DNA of 47,495 bases from a virus. Lineage: Duplodnaviria > Caudoviricetes. Position numbers and translations under genes: made by a program. The number at the start of each line of letters is the position of its first letter. Within the stretch, counting starts at the first letter, position 1. The stretch spans positions 1 through 47,495 of the IMG/VR virus record IMGVR_UViG_3300017705_001252; one strand, given 5' to 3'. This document shows, piece by piece, positions 45,617-47,495 of the stretch. The notes beneath the pieces were generated by a model, which worked only from the letters and a program-made list of their open reading frames with translations, ran no database searches and was not told the origin of the DNA.

Positions 45617-46327
45617 ATGTGCGGACGATACGCCTTCTTTAAAAAAATAGATGAAATAGATCACTTTCTAGGTACACTTGAAAGAAAGGGTGAACTCAGA
45701 CCAAACTACAATGTAGCACCAACATCAGTCATGCCTGTATGTAGAGTAAATGAAGATGGTAATCGAGTATTGGAAGATATGTACTGGTGGTATATGAAAT
45801 GGTTGCCTAAGGATGGAAAACCAAACTTTAAATACTCTACCTTCAATACCAGAGACGATCGTATTTTAGACAGTAAAATGTGGGGGAAGGATTTTAAAGA
45901 GAAGCAGATCCGATGCATTGTGCCCATGAATGGGTTCTTTGAATTTACTGGGGCGAAGGGAAGCAAATCTGCTCATTACTTCTACCCTAAGAGTACAAAC
46001 TTTTGGGGAGCAGCCGGAATTTATTCTAAGGTTAGCCCTAATGAAGGAATGAGCTCCTTTTCAATTATAACTACTGATCCTAATTCAATGGTAGAAAAAG
46101 CACATGATCGAATGCCTGCTTTTTTACATCCGAGTGAATTTGAAGATTGGCTCAACCCCGAGCATTCTGCTGAATATTTGTTAGATATGCTGAAGCCCTA
46201 TCCGGTAGATGACATGGAAACCTATATCGCATCTGATAAAGTTAGTAACTCAAGGAATAATGGTCCTGAACTATTAGAGCCTTCTACTCTATTTGGTTCA
46301 AGTTCGGCAGAGAAGAATGTAGGCTAG
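45617..46327 (+). CDS. SRAP (YedK/HMCES) abasic-site protein
   Basis: MCGRY start at 45617; YNVAP, GFFE, HDRMP motifs. Confidence 0.93.
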   Translation: MCGRYAFFKKIDEIDHFLGTLERKGELRPNYNVAPTSVMPVCRVNEDGNRVLEDMYWWYMKWLPKDGKPNFKYSTFNTRDDRILDSKMWGKDFKEKQIRCIVPMNGFFEFTGAKGSKSAHYFYPKSTNFWGAAGIYSKVSPNEGMSSFSIITTDPNSMVEKAHDRMPAFLHPSEFEDWLNPEHSAEYLLDMLKPYPVDDMETYIASDKVSNSRNNGPELLEPSTLFGSSSAEKNVG

Positions 46328-46366
46328 AGTTGATCAGATGTGAGTTTTAGAAAACCCAACATTGTT

Positions 46367-46849
46367 TTAAACTAGTCCATATTCCGGAGGTGAATGCATT
46401 AATGCCTTTGCTTCATATACCTTGAACAATGAAGCTAAAATAAGATCGATTTGAATTGTATTTATTTTAACGTTATTTGCTTCTTCTCGATCTAAGAATT
46501 CCTGAATTCTCTCTATCATTTCTTTTAATGCAAAAGTATATAGGTTAAAAAAGAACCTATGGTGCTCATAATTATCGAGTCTGACCTCTAAGTCTTCTCT
46601 AGTTTCAATTAAATTCTTTAAATAGTTATCTAGAACTATTAAATCCTCTTTCAAATAATCCAAAGGATTTTTCGGGTCTAAATCATTTACACTTATTACA
46701 TAAGAAGAACGTTTTTCATAATAGACTACATCTTTGAATTCTGCTACATCAAAAAGTCTTTTCTTCATGACATGAAGCAAAGAACTGATGTCATCTGGTA
46801 CTATTGTTTTGAGTGCTAATTCTAAATTATGATGGTTTGATTTTTCCAT
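46367..46849 (-). CDS. Hypothetical protein
   Basis: 160-aa ORF. Confidence 0.65.
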   Translation of the reverse strand: MEKSNHHNLELALKTIVPDDISSLLHVMKKRLFDVAEFKDVVYYEKRSSYVISVNDLDPKNPLDYLKEDLIVLDNYLKNLIETREDLEVRLDNYEHHRFFFNLYTFALKEMIERIQEFLDREEANNVKINTIQIDLILASLFKVYEAKALMHSPPEYGLV

Positions 46850-46889
46850 TTAAGCAAAATATGTTTTATCAAGTTAATAACAATACTTA

Positions 46890-47495
46890 TTACCTAACAA
46901 ACAAAAACTCCCTGTCTACTTCTTGCATGAATCTCCAATCTAATTGATCTAAGGTATAGACTAAATGATAAAATCGTTGCTCGGTATCTTCCACTAAATA
47001 ATTAAGATGCTTGGTGATCATTGTATTCTCCATATGAGTCGTCTCAATCTGACTTACCTGAATGGAACCATGCTTACTTCTTTTAAAGCGGTAAGGACGC
47101 AATCTTTCAATAAGTGCAAACTCTATAGTAGTAGTTCTTTCTATAAGCTCTTTAGGAAACACTTCAAACCGTATAGGGGTCATTCTATGTGCATCCGAAG
47201 GCTGATGCTTATGTCTTTTCATATGAACTAATACTCGGTCAATGACCACGTTCTTTTGGGTATCATTTTGCACTAAAGACCACAACAGTTCTTCTTGATC
47301 GAATTCTATGTCAAAGATCTTTCCGCTCTTTGTTTCAATGCTGTAGTATGACTTTTTTATGCCACCGATAACTTTACTGTGGCAAGATCTCACTCTCTTT
47401 AATTGGTGCGTATACTCTTTTCTCCAGGAAGGCTTAGCGAGCCTGCTATGCCTGCAAAAAAAGACGAGTATTTCTATGAGTGGATATTTATTCAT
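46890..47495 (-). CDS. Hypothetical protein with two similar small beta domains
   Basis: YYSIETKSGKIFDIEFDQEELLW vs NYLVEDTEQRFYHLVYTLDQLDW; start codon sits at the window edge. Confidence 0.65.
   Translation of the reverse strand: MNKYPLIEILVFFCRHSRLAKPSWRKEYTHQLKRVRSCHSKVIGGIKKSYYSIETKSGKIFDIEFDQEELLWSLVQNDTQKNVVIDRVLVHMKRHKHQPSDAHRMTPIRFEVFPKELIERTTTIEFALIERLRPYRFKRSKHGSIQVSQIETTHMENTMITKHLNYLVEDTEQRFYHLVYTLDQLDWRFMQEVDREFLFVR

Noticed and set aside
3945-47231. Many 60-150 aa antisense or nested ORFs in the ORF track
   Set aside because: They lie within well-supported genes, lack motifs and are expected by chance; the -1 frame at 30284 is the exception kept.

Overview
Nested mobile elements in an AT-rich bacterial genome. 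The host may be FCB-group or Balneola-like, but that is a weak inference from leaders mostly lacking SD sequences, sigma70-type promoters and a DUF4468-like lipoprotein. A complete-looking ~36.5 kb Mu-like transposable prophage (1219..37734; matching inverted ends, 5-bp duplication GTAAT) has inserted exactly before the stop codon of a tyrosine integrase. That integrase belongs to a satellite/PICI-like element (int, alpA, gpII/X-type rep, TerS-like gene, 11-bp repeat arrays), followed by a C-protein-like regulator, a single-chain type IIG/ISP-like R-M enzyme and SRAP. The prophage carries repressor/cro, MuA, MuB, Gam, GemA, Mor, a minimal PolX, Dam, a divergent late region and a non-contractile tail. 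Best candidates for undescribed systems: (1) an independently transcribed, pseudoknotted ~125-nt RNA located where the immunity gene of a MuF-PBECR nuclease would be expected; (2) an unannotated 32-aa acidic peptide plus a membrane-anchored TPR protein beside the repressor; (3) a Tad1-like anti-defence gene in a three-gene insert within the head operon. All family assignments come from motif recognition by eye, without database searches.
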